A stretch of DNA of 32,000 nucleotides from an uncultured Hyphomonas sp. (lineage in GTDB: Bacteria > Pseudomonadota > Alphaproteobacteria > Caulobacterales > Hyphomonadaceae), in the NCBI GenBank assembly GCA_964351695.1, contig CAYGPE010000001.1, forward strand, positions 85,106 to 117,105, read 5' to 3'. Shown here piece by piece: positions 1 to 8,863 of this stretch. The translations under genes were made by a program, and so were the position numbers. Position 1 is the first letter of the stretch, and each line of letters opens with the position of its first letter. The notes beneath the pieces are model-generated. The model saw only the letters and a list, made by a program, of their open reading frames with translations. It was not told the DNA's origin and ran no database searches.

Positions 1-2104
1 CAGGTTTGGCCACAACAGTGTTGCCAGCGCTCAAGGCTGCAACCACCTGGCCAAGGAAAATCGCCAAGGGGAAGTTCCATGGGGAGATGCAGGCGACCGT
101 CCCAAGGGGGATGCGCGCGGTGACATCTGCTTTTTGTGCCTGCAATGCATAATAGCGACAGAAGTCTACCGCTTCGCGAACCTCTGCGACAGCATCCGGC
201 AGTGTCTTTCCGGCTTCCCGCACGCACAGTTCAAGCAGGTCAGCCATTTCCTGTTCGAGAAGGTCGGCGGCCTTGTCCAAGACGCTCTTCCGGCTGGCGG
301 GGCTTGTATTGCTTGGCCAATCTGAAGCGTTCGCGGCTTCAACCGCTTGATCAACACTGGCTGTAGCAGCGTAGTGCACCTCTCCGACAAGATGTTTTTG
401 GGCTTGTGGGGCTTTTATGGCCACGATCGATTCATCGGCCGCGCTGTTCTTCTGCACAAAGCTGCTCGCGTGATGCAGAGACGAGCGCGCTGCAACGCGA
501 GACATGTCTGCGGCGACGTCAGATTGGGTGAGATCAATACCTGCTGCTGAAAGCCGCCCGCCTTCCAGAGTATCGACTGGAGCAGGGATGCGCGGATGCG
601 CGGCGCTTTGATTATTGCTCGCGAGGGTCATGGGGTCGGTCACGATATCATCGATCGCGATACGCTCATCCATCAGCTGATTAACAAAGGAACTGTTGGC
701 ACCGTTTTCGAGAAGACGGCGCACCAGATAAGGAAGAAGATCTTTATGGGTGCCGACAGGTGCGTAAATCCGGCTCGGCATGCCGTACGCCTGCATGAGG
801 CGGGTGTGAAGCGCGCCGCCCATGCCATGGAGGCGCTGAAACTCAAAGGACGTGCCGGACTTCGCCATATGCGCGATTGCTGCTGCCGTATGAGCGTTAT
901 GCGTGGCAAATTGCGGGAAGATTGTCTCATTCATGCTGAGGAGTTTTCCGGCGCAGGCGAGATAACTGACATCGGTGTTCTCTTTACGCGTGAATACAGG
1001 ATAGCTGGGCAGCCCCAGCTCCTGAGCGCGTTTGATTTCCATATCCCAGTACGCACCCTTGACGAGCCTAACCGCGACTTTACGGCCAGCGTATCGTGCG
1101 AGCTCAAAAACATGGTCAATCACGGGCATGGCGCGGCGCTGGTAGGCTTGAACAACAAGACCAAGGCCAGGCCAGTCTTTCAGGCACTTAGCCGCTAGCA
1201 GGCGCTCAAGGACGAGGAGGGAGATTTCCAACCTGTCGGCTTCTTCGGCATCAATGTTCAACCAGAGCCCGGCATCTTTCGCGATGCGCGCAAGCTCGGT
1301 CAATCGGTCAACAAGAATAGGAATGCATGTGGCGCGATGGGCGTATTCATAGCGTGGGTGAAGCGCAGACAGCTTGACCGATAGGCCAGGATTAGTCGCC
1401 ATCTCAGATGACCCTGCTGAGCCTGCGGCTAGACGCTGAATCGCATTCAGATAAGCGTTGAAATAGGCATCTGCGTCATCCCGTGTGTGCGCGGCTTCTC
1501 CCAGCATGTCATAGGAATGAGAGAAGCCTTCACGTTCGGCTTTCCTGGCGCGCTTTAGGGCGCGATCAATGTTACGGCCAAGTACAAAATGGTCGCCCAT
1601 AACCGCCATGGCCTGCTCAACCGCGCGCTCCATTACCTGATCGCCAAGTTTCGCAAATAGGTTTTTTGCGCGCGTACCACCCGTACCGCTTACCCATGCC
1701 GATGTGAGGCGCAGGCCATTGGTCGCTTGATTGACGAAAAAAGACTCACTCTTGCCCGCATGCACCGACCAGTTGGCACCGCCAATCTTGTCGCGTATCA
1801 GGCTGCGCGACGTGGCAAAGTCCGGTGTGCGAATGAGAGCCTCGGCAAGACGCATCAGCGTGACGCCTTCCTCTGATGATAGTCCATACTCCAAGAGAAG
1901 GTCATCGATTGGTGACGTAGCGCGATTATCCGCGCGTACCTCAGCGACGATCTGTTTGGCATCCTCAAGGATTTGATTGCGGGCTTTGGGCGTAAGCCGG
2001 ATTTGATTGAGCAGACCCTGCACCAAATCGGCTTCGTTGCAGACGTAAGCTCTAGTGAGTCCGGTTGAGGCTTGCGACGCCTGTAAGTCCTGTAAATCCA
2101 GCAA
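1..2104 (-). CDS. putA: Bifunctional proline dehydrogenase / 1-pyrroline-5-carboxylate dehydrogenase PutA; N-terminal ~700 aa, 3' end runs off the window
   Basis: Absent from the ORF track because it has a TTG start and is truncated by the window edge. My minus-strand translation from TTG at 2104 (GGAG 6 nt upstream) stays open to position 1. It reads 'SVKLSALHPRYEY', 'VRLVKGAYWDMEIKRAQ', 'FATHNAHT', 'FEFQRLHGMG' and 'LVRRLLENGANSSFV' (PRODH barrel), then 'ACISPWNFPLAIFLGQVVAALSAGNTVVAKP' (ALDH domain). In-frame GTGs at 2125 and 2149 are alternative starts. Confidence 0.85.
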   Translation of the reverse strand, partial: MLDLQDLQASQASTGLTRAYVCNEADLVQGLLNQIRLTPKARNQILEDAKQIVAEVRADNRATSPIDDLLLEYGLSSEEGVTLMRLAEALIRTPDFATSRSLIRDKIGGANWSVHAGKSESFFVNQATNGLRLTSAWVSGTGGTRAKNLFAKLGDQVMERAVEQAMAVMGDHFVLGRNIDRALKRARKAEREGFSHSYDMLGEAAHTRDDADAYFNAYLNAIQRLAAGSAGSSEMATNPGLSVKLSALHPRYEYAHRATCIPILVDRLTELARIAKDAGLWLNIDAEEADRLEISLLVLERLLAAKCLKDWPGLGLVVQAYQRRAMPVIDHVFELARYAGRKVAVRLVKGAYWDMEIKRAQELGLPSYPVFTRKENTDVSYLACAGKLLSMNETIFPQFATHNAHTAAAIAHMAKSGTSFEFQRLHGMGGALHTRLMQAYGMPSRIYAPVGTHKDLLPYLVRRLLENGANSSFVNQLMDERIAIDDIVTDPMTLASNNQSAAHPRIPAPVDTLEGGRLSAAGIDLTQSDVAADMSRVAARSSLHHASSFVQKNSAADESIVAIKAPQAQKHLVGEVHYAATASVDQAVEAANASDWPSNTSPASRKSVLDKAADLLEQEMADLLELCVREAGKTLPDAVAEVREAVDFCRYYALQAQKADVTARIPLGTVACISPWNFPLAIFLGQVVAALSAGNTVVAKP

Positions 2105-2148
2105 AATAATCTCCGTCTGAATCACTCTGTGGTCGCATGAAGGTGGCA

Positions 2149-2191
2149 CTATTTAAAAAGGAAGTGGGTCTTTATTTCATCAGATAAATAG
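2149..2191. promoter_or_regulatory. AT-rich inverted repeats in the putA/putR divergent intergenic region; candidate Lrp-type operator
   Basis: CTATTTA (2149-2155) and TAAATAG (2185-2191) are reverse complements. An inner TTTAT-N8-ATAAA repeat lies at about 2171-2188. The position lies between divergent putA and the Lrp-family gene. Confidence 0.25.
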
Positions 2192-2237
2192 CCTTATGTG
2201 CTCACAATCTCAGGAAATGCAGTCGAAGAGATCTACG

Positions 2238-2726
2238 ATGACGGAAAATGCAGGCGTTTTGGATGCGATGGACCGGCGTATATTGCGAGCCATTCAAGCC
2301 GATGGGCGCCTTGCCGTCGTCGAGTTGGCCGAGCGTGTAGGCCTAAGTAAGTCACCTTGTTTGAAGCGGCTCCGGCGGCTCGAGCGTGACGGAATCATTC
2401 GCGGCTATCGCGCTGATATTGATCCTGATCGGATCCGTCAGGCTTACCTTGCCTATGTACAAGTCAAGTTGTCTAGCACAACGCGAGCAGTGCTTGATGA
2501 GTTCAATGCGCTGGTGAAAGACGTTCCCGAAATTATGTCCTGTCACATGATGGCGGGCGGCTTCGACTATCTCCTAAAAGTCCGCACGCCAGACATGAAG
2601 GCGTATCGTCAATTTATGGGGGACGTTCTTTCTCAGCTGCCGCATGTTGCGCAGACTTCAACCTTTCCCGTCATGGAGCAGGTCAAGGAATCCCATAAAC
2701 TCGTCATTTCAGAGCCAGATGGCTGA
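2238..2726 (+). CDS. putR: Lrp/AsnC-family transcriptional regulator, probably the proline-responsive activator of divergent putA
   Basis: 'LDAMDRRILRAIQADGRLAVVELAERVGLSKSPCLKRLRRLERDGIIRGY' is an AsnC-type HTH, followed by a RAM-like C-terminal domain. I prefer the ATG at 2238 (MTENAG) over the track start at 2196. The symbol rests on divergent putA context only. Confidence 0.75.
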   Translation: MTENAGVLDAMDRRILRAIQADGRLAVVELAERVGLSKSPCLKRLRRLERDGIIRGYRADIDPDRIRQAYLAYVQVKLSSTTRAVLDEFNALVKDVPEIMSCHMMAGGFDYLLKVRTPDMKAYRQFMGDVLSQLPHVAQTSTFPVMEQVKESHKLVISEPDG

Positions 2727-2743
2727 TTGAGCTGCGCAAGCAA

Positions 2744-3457
2744 TTATTGCAGGGCGTTTTTCACCTTGGCTACATGTGTGCTTATTTCAGAAACCGGGCT
2801 TGGAGTTGAGGCTGCAAGTGGGCCATGGTCTGGCCAAAGTTTTAGCAACTGCTCGAGTGATGCCATGAGGGGTTCAGAGCCTGCTGAATCCACATCACTG
2901 GCGATGCTCAAGGCGACCACCGTGAAGCCATAGGCGTCTTGATATTCGCCTGGGTCGGTGATCTTTCCGTCGACAACACCGATCTGATATTCCTCTAACA
3001 CCGTGTCCATGAGGTAGTCGATGATTTCGGCTGGATCACCGCCTGCATTGGCGCGCATCAGAGCCATGTTGGCTTCGGCTGCGGCGAGTTGAGGCTCGAT
3101 TTCGGCAGCAGGAAGGCCTTCATCCAGCGCGTCGGATACGGCGATGAAGAGGTCTTGTTCAAACCCAAGTGCACTTAGTCCAGCGCGCTCGGCTTCATGT
3201 GTCTCCGAGACGGGGTGTAGCAGATGCTTGGCGGCCTGCTCAGGGGCACCCGCGCGATACAAGGCCAGCCCCGCTTCGACATGCCCGGACATGAAGGCAA
3301 CGCGCTTCTCAACTGGAAGCATACTCATCATGTGGCCCGAGTTTTCGGAGGTTTCGACGCTTTTAGGGGCCACTTCAGGCGCAATACATGCCGAAATCGG
3401 CAAAAGCGTCAGGCTGGTTACGGTCGCAAGTTTCGCGATAGTTGAAAATTTCAGCAT
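2744..3457 (-). CDS. Hypothetical lipoprotein of unknown function
   Basis: ATG at 3457 with AGGGGG 5 nt upstream. The N-terminus 'MLKFSTIAKLATVTSLTLLPISAC' has a signal peptide and a lipobox Cys. The track start at 3520 is a TTG extension. I recognise no family. Confidence 0.55.
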   Translation of the reverse strand: MLKFSTIAKLATVTSLTLLPISACIAPEVAPKSVETSENSGHMMSMLPVEKRVAFMSGHVEAGLALYRAGAPEQAAKHLLHPVSETHEAERAGLSALGFEQDLFIAVSDALDEGLPAAEIEPQLAAAEANMALMRANAGGDPAEIIDYLMDTVLEEYQIGVVDGKITDPGEYQDAYGFTVVALSIASDVDSAGSEPLMASLEQLLKLWPDHGPLAASTPSPVSEISTHVAKVKNALQ

Positions 3458-3537
3458 GCATGCCCCCTTAAACGAAACTGCAAGAACACTAACCCGCGTG
3501 CCACACTTTGGCAGCCGCAAAAATACTTAGTATGCGA

Positions 3538-4458
3538 TCATAGTGTCATGTCGTTCGCTGCTGGCACCTTCTGCTGAAGCTTCTCTATTTTTTGCGCGAG
3601 GCGATCTGACACGAAATCTCGAAAGACGCGCATACGCGGTGTCTGGCGTAATCCGGCATGGGACAGCATCCACAAATCCAGAGACATGTCTGCTTCCAGA
3701 CCAGGTAATTTGTAGAGTTGTGTGCTTTGGTCCATGTACTCTTTACTCGCATAAACGATGGGTAGCACAGCGACGCCAAATCCATGTTGGCAAGCAGAAA
3801 GGCTAACCTCATTATCGTCATAGCGTAGGACATTCGGTGGTGGAGGCAGGTGTTTCATGACCCAGTCTGGCAGCTGGTGGGGGCTTTCGTTCATATTGAC
3901 GATAACCGGCACAGGTTTGCCGGCCAGATAGGCATCAAGGATGTCTTTGGAGCCATAAGCGGCAAACTCAAATGTACCGATCTGCCGGCCTATGAGGTTC
4001 TCATCAGGGGCATCCGTGAGTCTAAATGCAAAGTCAGCTTCGCGGGTTGAGAGACTGAGGGGATCCATTGAAGCGATGAGTTCCAGAGAGATGTTTGGAT
4101 AAGCTTCTTGGAATCCCTTTAATATTGGCATCAACAGGCGCTCGATAATCGGCCCGATTGACGTGATGCGCAGTGTGCCTTCGATTTCATGCGTCTCGCT
4201 GAACGCATTGCGCCTAACTTCACCAGCATAATCGGCCATGGCTTCGACTGACTTTAATATACTGGTACCAGCGGCTGTAATCGCCCATTTTCCGGATGAG
4301 CGATCAAACAGTTTGGTTTCAAGGCTCTCCTCAAGCGCGCTTATCCGCCGTGAGACCGTGGTGTAGGCCACGCTAAGCTCAGTACCCGCAGCAGTCGCGG
4401 ACCCGTATTGGGCCACGGCCTGAAAATACCTTAAGTCGTCCCAGTTGAGGTTTTTCAT
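3538..4458 (-). CDS. LysR-family transcriptional regulator
   Basis: 'LRYFQAVAQYGSATAAGTELSVAYTTVSRRISALEESLETKLFDR' is the LysR HTH. A substrate-binding domain of typical length (306 aa total) follows. Confidence 0.85.
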   Translation of the reverse strand: MKNLNWDDLRYFQAVAQYGSATAAGTELSVAYTTVSRRISALEESLETKLFDRSSGKWAITAAGTSILKSVEAMADYAGEVRRNAFSETHEIEGTLRITSIGPIIERLLMPILKGFQEAYPNISLELIASMDPLSLSTREADFAFRLTDAPDENLIGRQIGTFEFAAYGSKDILDAYLAGKPVPVIVNMNESPHQLPDWVMKHLPPPPNVLRYDDNEVSLSACQHGFGVAVLPIVYASKEYMDQSTQLYKLPGLEADMSLDLWMLSHAGLRQTPRMRVFRDFVSDRLAQKIEKLQQKVPAANDMTL

Positions 4459-4476
4459 TTATGCACACCAGTAATG

Positions 4477-4498
4477 CGAAAGTTTCTATATAATTTCG
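4477..4498. promoter_or_regulatory. Inverted repeat CGAAA-N12-TTTCG in the LysR divergent promoter region; candidate LTTR box
   Basis: CGAAA at 4477-4481 and TTTCG at 4494-4498. It lies between the LysR start (4458) and the divergent small secreted-protein gene (4550). Confidence 0.25.
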
Positions 4499-4549
4499 AA
4501 TACGCACGCTGTAAACCGAAAGCTCCTCAAACAAAAGTGGAGCCTCCCA

Positions 4550-4903
4550 ATGAAACTATTCAATCTTTCAACCTCGAAAGCCGTTCTGGCTAGCGGCGCA
4601 TTCTTGTTCACTACAGGTACGGCAATGGCCGGTCCTTCGGATGAAATCGCGCTTTGTGAAACAGCGCTCAGCACACATGTCGCTGCGCTTCAAAACGATG
4701 GCGGGCAAGCCGCTTCATTCAAATTTCAAGAACGCCGCGGTGCATCTGTGAAGAAACTATACTTCAAGATGAGCCACGCTGGGTATGACGGGAAAGTCAC
4801 CTGCAAAGTGCGTCGCGGTACCGTCATCGATATTCTCGACAACGATGGTGCGAGCATCATGACAGTTTCAGCCGACAAAACAACGTCTGACAAAAACGGC
4901 TAA
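4550..4903 (+). CDS. Small secreted protein of unknown function
   Basis: Signal peptide 'MKLFNLSTSKAVLASGAFLFTTGTAMA'. GGAG lies upstream (4540-4543). Divergent from the LysR gene. Confidence 0.55.
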   Translation: MKLFNLSTSKAVLASGAFLFTTGTAMAGPSDEIALCETALSTHVAALQNDGGQAASFKFQERRGASVKKLYFKMSHAGYDGKVTCKVRRGTVIDILDNDGASIMTVSADKTTSDKNG

Positions 4904-4939
4904 ACGACCTTCTGGCGTCTCCCATACGCCTTCAACTCG

Positions 4940-4973
4940 GCTCTCGTGATCGTAAGATTCCGGGAGCTTTTTT
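4940..4973 (+). terminator. Putative intrinsic terminator
   Basis: GCTCTCG (4940-4946) pairs with CGGGAGC (4961-4967) with one G.U pair. TTTTTT follows at 4968-4973. The loop is long (14 nt). Confidence 0.45.
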
Positions 4974-4999
4974 GAACGGTCTGTTCGGCCAATACTTGA

Positions 5000-5431
5000 T
5001 CAGACACCGCACCATGGCTTTGGTGCCCCCATTTCAATGGCTTGTCCCTGCGCTAGCAGTCGGGCGGCCAACGTCTCGCCATCTGATGTTGTGACGGAAG
5101 CAACGACCCTACCGCCATACTTGTCACGTGTAATATCTGACAGCGTAACGGTGCTTCCAACGGGGGAGGATGCAGCGACGGATGCCTTAGCCGTGCGAGC
5201 GAGCGCTTTTTCCGCCGCGCATTTTGGACGGTACAGCTCAGGCGCATCAATCCCTCGCAGCCGTACGGAGATTTCCACCGTTTGATCAACCCAGATGTGT
5301 GCACGCACTTTTACTGTGTCGCCATCAACGATCTTGATAACTTCAGCCGGAATCGGGCCGGGTAGTGGGTCGGCATGGATCGAGACCTGCGTAAAACCAA
5401 GGACCAAAAATGCAACCATAAAGCGAAACAT
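5000..5431 (-). CDS. Secreted thermonuclease (staphylococcal nuclease, SNase-like) family protein
   Basis: Signal peptide 'MFRFMVAFLVLGFTQVSIHA', then 'VIKIVDGDTVKVRA...VRLRGIDAPE' and 'DKYGGRVVASV', which are SNase-fold motifs. Confidence 0.7.
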   Translation of the reverse strand: MFRFMVAFLVLGFTQVSIHADPLPGPIPAEVIKIVDGDTVKVRAHIWVDQTVEISVRLRGIDAPELYRPKCAAEKALARTAKASVAASSPVGSTVTLSDITRDKYGGRVVASVTTSDGETLAARLLAQGQAIEMGAPKPWCGV

Positions 5432-5504
5432 GCGTTAGGTTGTAGGATTATGTTCCTGATTTGTACAGTCCCTTTTCGCACTCGTGACGCACTTGTAAAT
5501 GTGA

Positions 5505-6647
5505 TTAAGGCGCCAGTTCCTTGGCTATATAGTCAGCCAAAAGGCGGCCCTTTGAAGTCAGCTGGATATGATTATGCTTCAACGTAGTCATTCCAAGCTC
5601 TCTAAAGTCGTGGAGTTTTTTCTCATTAAGGCGCTGATCGATCAGGGATTCGACACGCCTTTTATCCAGCCCGGAAATGGGGCGTAGGCCCATAGCGATT
5701 AATTCATACGCGCTCTCAATCGGGGTTAAATCAGTTTCCAGGGCTGCATTGGTCTCGATATAATCACTGGGCTTTCGTGCAGCTTCGGTTGCCGTCCGTT
5801 TGCCATTCACGGTCAGCCGTCCGTGCGCGCCAGGGCCAACGCCGATCCAGTCGCCATTTGCCCAATAAATATGGTTATGGCGACTTTCATACTCGCTGGA
5901 TCGGGCATGATTGGAGACTTCATAGGCCGGTAGGCCAGCACTATCGCAAAGGCGTTGCGTGGCTTCATAGAGGTCGGCCTGATCATCATCTGGCATGGGA
6001 ATGAGCTCACCGCGCTCTGCGCGTTTTCCAAATGCGGTGCGCTCAGCAATGGTAAGCTCATAGAGAGACAGGTGCGGCGCACCCAAAGCGAGGGCTTGTT
6101 GAAGCTCGTTTTCCCAGTCGGATAAGCTTTGTCCAGGGCGGGCATAGATGAGGTCGATAGAGTGGTTGTCAAACACACTTTGTACAGCGTCCGCTGCATT
6201 CAGCGCGGTAGCCACATCATGGTCTCGCCCTAGAAAAGTAAGCGCCTCATCGTCGAGCGATTGTATGCCGAGCGAAACGCGATTGATGCCAGCGGCCTGC
6301 CAATCTTTGAGACGGCTAAGCATGACATCTGCTGGGTTGGCTTCAATCGTGACTTCAGCCTCTTCGGCAAACCCAAAAGACATCTGCGCCGTTTCGAGAA
6401 TATTCGCGATATCGCTCGCACTCAGTAGGGATGGGGTACCTCCACCGAGGAACACACTGTCCAGCGGCGGATGAGTAGGAAGGCGCTGGGCGTGGCGTGT
6501 AAGATCCTGGCGGATAGCTTTTAGGAGAGGGCCATTATCGCGCGCCTTAGCGGCGTAAACATTGAAATCGCAATAAGGACAGATACGGGCGCAATAGGGC
6601 CAGTGAACGTAAAGGCCAAACCCGTATTGAGGACCTAGAGCTTGCAT
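5505..6647 (-). CDS. hemW: Radical-SAM haem chaperone HemW (oxygen-independent coproporphyrinogen oxidase-like)
   Basis: 'YVHWPYCARICPYCDFN' is the CxxxCxxC radical-SAM motif, followed by 'FLGGGTPS'. Length is 380 aa. The start overlaps the rdgB stop (TAATG). Confidence 0.85.
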   Translation of the reverse strand: MQALGPQYGFGLYVHWPYCARICPYCDFNVYAAKARDNGPLLKAIRQDLTRHAQRLPTHPPLDSVFLGGGTPSLLSASDIANILETAQMSFGFAEEAEVTIEANPADVMLSRLKDWQAAGINRVSLGIQSLDDEALTFLGRDHDVATALNAADAVQSVFDNHSIDLIYARPGQSLSDWENELQQALALGAPHLSLYELTIAERTAFGKRAERGELIPMPDDDQADLYEATQRLCDSAGLPAYEVSNHARSSEYESRHNHIYWANGDWIGVGPGAHGRLTVNGKRTATEAARKPSDYIETNAALETDLTPIESAYELIAMGLRPISGLDKRRVESLIDQRLNEKKLHDFRELGMTTLKHNHIQLTSKGRLLADYIAKELAP

Positions 6648-7246
6648 TAGAGCAGGGCAGCTTTCAGTTTCTTGAACGCGTCTGCGCGATGAGACATGTC
6701 ATGCTTTTCTCTAGGTTTGAGTTCAGCAAACGTTTCGGCCCGGCCTAGCGGTACGAAAACCGGGTCAAAACCAAAGCCCATTTTGCCGCGCGGTGGCCAT
6801 GTCAGTGTACCATGACACTCGCCTTGAAATGTTTCTTCATGACCATCTGGCCAGACGACCGCGAGACAGCAGACGAATTTTGCGCGCCTGTCGCTCGTTT
6901 TGATGGCGCGAAGCTCTTGTTCGACTTTATTCATCGCCCGGTAAAAGTCGCGTGGCTCACCGGCCCAGTCGGCCGTGTTGACCCCCGGCATGCCGCCAAG
7001 CGCTGCAACCGCGATCCCGCTATCGTCAGACAGTGCAGGTGCGCCTGTAGCCTGAGCGGCTGCCCGCGCCTTAATCAAGGCGTTTCCAGAAAACGTGAAT
7101 TCGGTTTCATCGGGTTCTGGCAAATTCAGGTCAGCTGCAGAGGTTACAGTAAATCCGAGTGGTTCAAAAAGATCTATTAATTCAATCACCTTACCCTTGT
7201 TATGTGTGGCGGCGACGAGGCGGCCCGGAACGAGACGTCTGGACAT
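6647..7246 (-). CDS. rdgB: dITP/XTP pyrophosphatase (Ham1/RdgB family)
   Basis: 'LVAATHNKGKVIE', 'ETEFTFSGNALIKA', 'DDSGIAVAALGGMPGV' and 'GFGFDPVF' are Ham1-family motifs. Confidence 0.85.
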   Translation of the reverse strand: MSRRLVPGRLVAATHNKGKVIELIDLFEPLGFTVTSAADLNLPEPDETEFTFSGNALIKARAAAQATGAPALSDDSGIAVAALGGMPGVNTADWAGEPRDFYRAMNKVEQELRAIKTSDRRAKFVCCLAVVWPDGHEETFQGECHGTLTWPPRGKMGFGFDPVFVPLGRAETFAELKPREKHDMSHRADAFKKLKAALL

Positions 7247-7316
7247 GAGGTGTGGCTCCGTTCTTGCTTTAAACAGGAATGTGATTATCGTTTAACGGTA
7301 AGTTTTAATGATTCCG

Positions 7317-7333
7317 CTATCTCTTATTGATAG
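7317..7333. promoter_or_regulatory. Inverted repeat CTATC-N7-GATAG upstream of the DUF2975/XRE pair; candidate operator
   Basis: CTATC at 7317-7321 and GATAG at 7329-7333, about 30 nt upstream of the 7362 start. Confidence 0.2.
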
Positions 7334-7361
7334 TCTGATGACGAAAGGATGACAGATCGGT

Positions 7362-7892
7362 ATGGCACAGGCCAATACAAATTCAATTGCAGCTGTCTTG
7401 TCTCTGCTCGTGCGCGTGCTGTTTTGGCTCGCAATCATTGTCGGCGGTATTGGTTTCCTGATCTTCGGGGCAGGTTTGCTGGGTAGCTTAAATGGCGGTG
7501 CATTGAAACTGCCCATGATGGAAGCGCTCGCAGAAGGTGTATCGCCGGGGCGTTTGGCCATTGGGCTTGTGGGAATTGTTATTTTTGCAGCTGGTATTGC
7601 CTATGTCTGTAGTCAGTTAAGCCGGATTCTATCGACACTGGCCGAAGGTGATCCGTTTGTGCCTGAGAATGGACCGCGTCTATTGCGAATTGCTGTAGCT
7701 ATTGCGCTCATCGAGATCATCCGTACTGCGGCGACTTTGATTATCGCCGCGACAGTCGACCTCGGTGAAGAGATGGTCGCCAATATCAATATCAACCTTG
7801 CAGTGTGGGGCGCGGTCGTCGTGATCTTCGTTCTGGCGCAAGTTTTTCGTGAGGGCACGCGCCTTCGCGAAGAAGAAAAAATGACGATTTAG
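7362..7892 (+). CDS. DUF2975-like multi-pass membrane protein
   Basis: Four hydrophobic helices, 'GDPFVPENGPRLLRIA', and a C-terminal 'FREGTRLREEEKMTI' tail, as I recall for DUF2975. A YozG-like HTH gene follows 15 nt downstream, which is the usual pairing. Confidence 0.6.
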   Translation: MAQANTNSIAAVLSLLVRVLFWLAIIVGGIGFLIFGAGLLGSLNGGALKLPMMEALAEGVSPGRLAIGLVGIVIFAAGIAYVCSQLSRILSTLAEGDPFVPENGPRLLRIAVAIALIEIIRTAATLIIAATVDLGEEMVANININLAVWGAVVVIFVLAQVFREGTRLREEEKMTI

Positions 7893-7907
7893 GAGGGCCT
7901 TGAAAAC

Positions 7908-8141
7908 ATGTCTATCCGTGTAACCCTCGACCGTGTTCTGCTCGATAAGCGTATGTCGTTGACTGAGCTTTCTGAGCGTGTGGGCGTTACCCTCGCCAAT
8001 CTTTCTATTCTCAAGACCGGAAAAGCCAAAGCGGTGCGGTTTTCAACACTGGAAGCCCTTTGTCGTGAGCTGGACTGCCAACCGGGCGATATATTGGAAT
8101 TTGAAACGCCAAAGTCTGAGGCGAAAAGCGAAGCGGCCTAG
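7908..8141 (+). CDS. XRE-family (YozG-like) HTH transcriptional regulator
   Basis: 'LDRVLLDKRMSLTELSERVGVTLANLSILKTGKAKAVRFSTLEALCRELDCQPGDILEF'. Confidence 0.8.
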   Translation: MSIRVTLDRVLLDKRMSLTELSERVGVTLANLSILKTGKAKAVRFSTLEALCRELDCQPGDILEFETPKSEAKSEAA

Positions 8142-8854
8142 AGCTTAACCCAGCCGAGCGCCATCATTGCCAATAGCAATGCACTCACGACGGCTAGCAG
8201 TGAGGGCAGCATCAATTCGATGAGTGTGAATTGCGGAAAATTTCGCTTCTTGGCGACATGGATTTGCCATTCGCGCGTAAACGGGGCGAACTCGAAATCT
8301 GCCTCCATTTCCCCAATGACTTCATACTTTGTCGCGCTTAAGCGGCGGGCGGCAATCACCATTGAAAGCCACAGAATCGCGTTCAGAAACGCTAAAAATA
8401 GCGCTGCTATGGTCACAGCCTGAATGGGAAATGTGTCATTGTCAGAATTGATCACGAACGAGATCGACACAAAGATCGCCACAAACACTGAAAAGTAGAA
8501 TCGGTTAAGGACTTGCCGGCGGTCTATGCCGTGTTCAGCGCTATCCACCATGACTTTGTAGAGTTCAAACCGGCGATCATAATCATATTCCCCCATGGTC
8601 TCGTCGCGGGCGACAACATAGGCGCCAATCGTGCCATTTGACACCGGCGCGCTCGTTCCGGCTGCATCTTGCGCAGCCATGAAGGCGCTGACCTTATCTA
8701 GCGTGCGGGTCTGAAATGTCTTGTCTGGATCAAATAGCCGTTCGCAGAAATCAGCTTGGCCAAGGGCTTCTTCACCGAACGTTTCGGCATTCATATTGTG
8801 CCGATCAAGGAAAGACCGGACTTGCTGTCTAAACGGATCGAGGAAAGTAGACAT
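8138..8854 (-). CDS. Membrane protein with an N-terminal soluble (possibly HTH-like) domain and a C-terminal 3-TM module; partner gene of the upstream TIR protein
   Basis: The ATG at 8854 is 9 nt after the TIR gene stop. Predicted TM helices lie at aa 117-135, 144-169 and 209-235. Motifs are 'FELYKVMVDSAEHGIDRRQVLNRFYF' before TM1 and 'LSATKYEVIGEMEADFEFAPFTREW' in the cytoplasmic loop. The stop overlaps the convergent XRE stop (CTAG, 8138-8141). Confidence 0.75.
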   Translation of the reverse strand: MSTFLDPFRQQVRSFLDRHNMNAETFGEEALGQADFCERLFDPDKTFQTRTLDKVSAFMAAQDAAGTSAPVSNGTIGAYVVARDETMGEYDYDRRFELYKVMVDSAEHGIDRRQVLNRFYFSVFVAIFVSISFVINSDNDTFPIQAVTIAALFLAFLNAILWLSMVIAARRLSATKYEVIGEMEADFEFAPFTREWQIHVAKKRNFPQFTLIELMLPSLLAVVSALLLAMMALGWVKL

Positions 8855-8863
8855 TTCGGTGAT

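Noticed and set aside
596-1198. 200-aa plus-strand ORF, plus smaller ORFs at 134-550 and 1731-1976
   Set aside because: They lie antisense to or out of frame with a continuous minus-strand reading frame carrying clear PutA motifs. They are shadow ORFs in GC-rich coding DNA.
7292-7308. TTAA-N9-TTAA upstream of the DUF2975 gene as a possible CtrA box
   Set aside because: The spacing is 9, not the 7 required for the CtrA full site, and the region is generally AT-rich.
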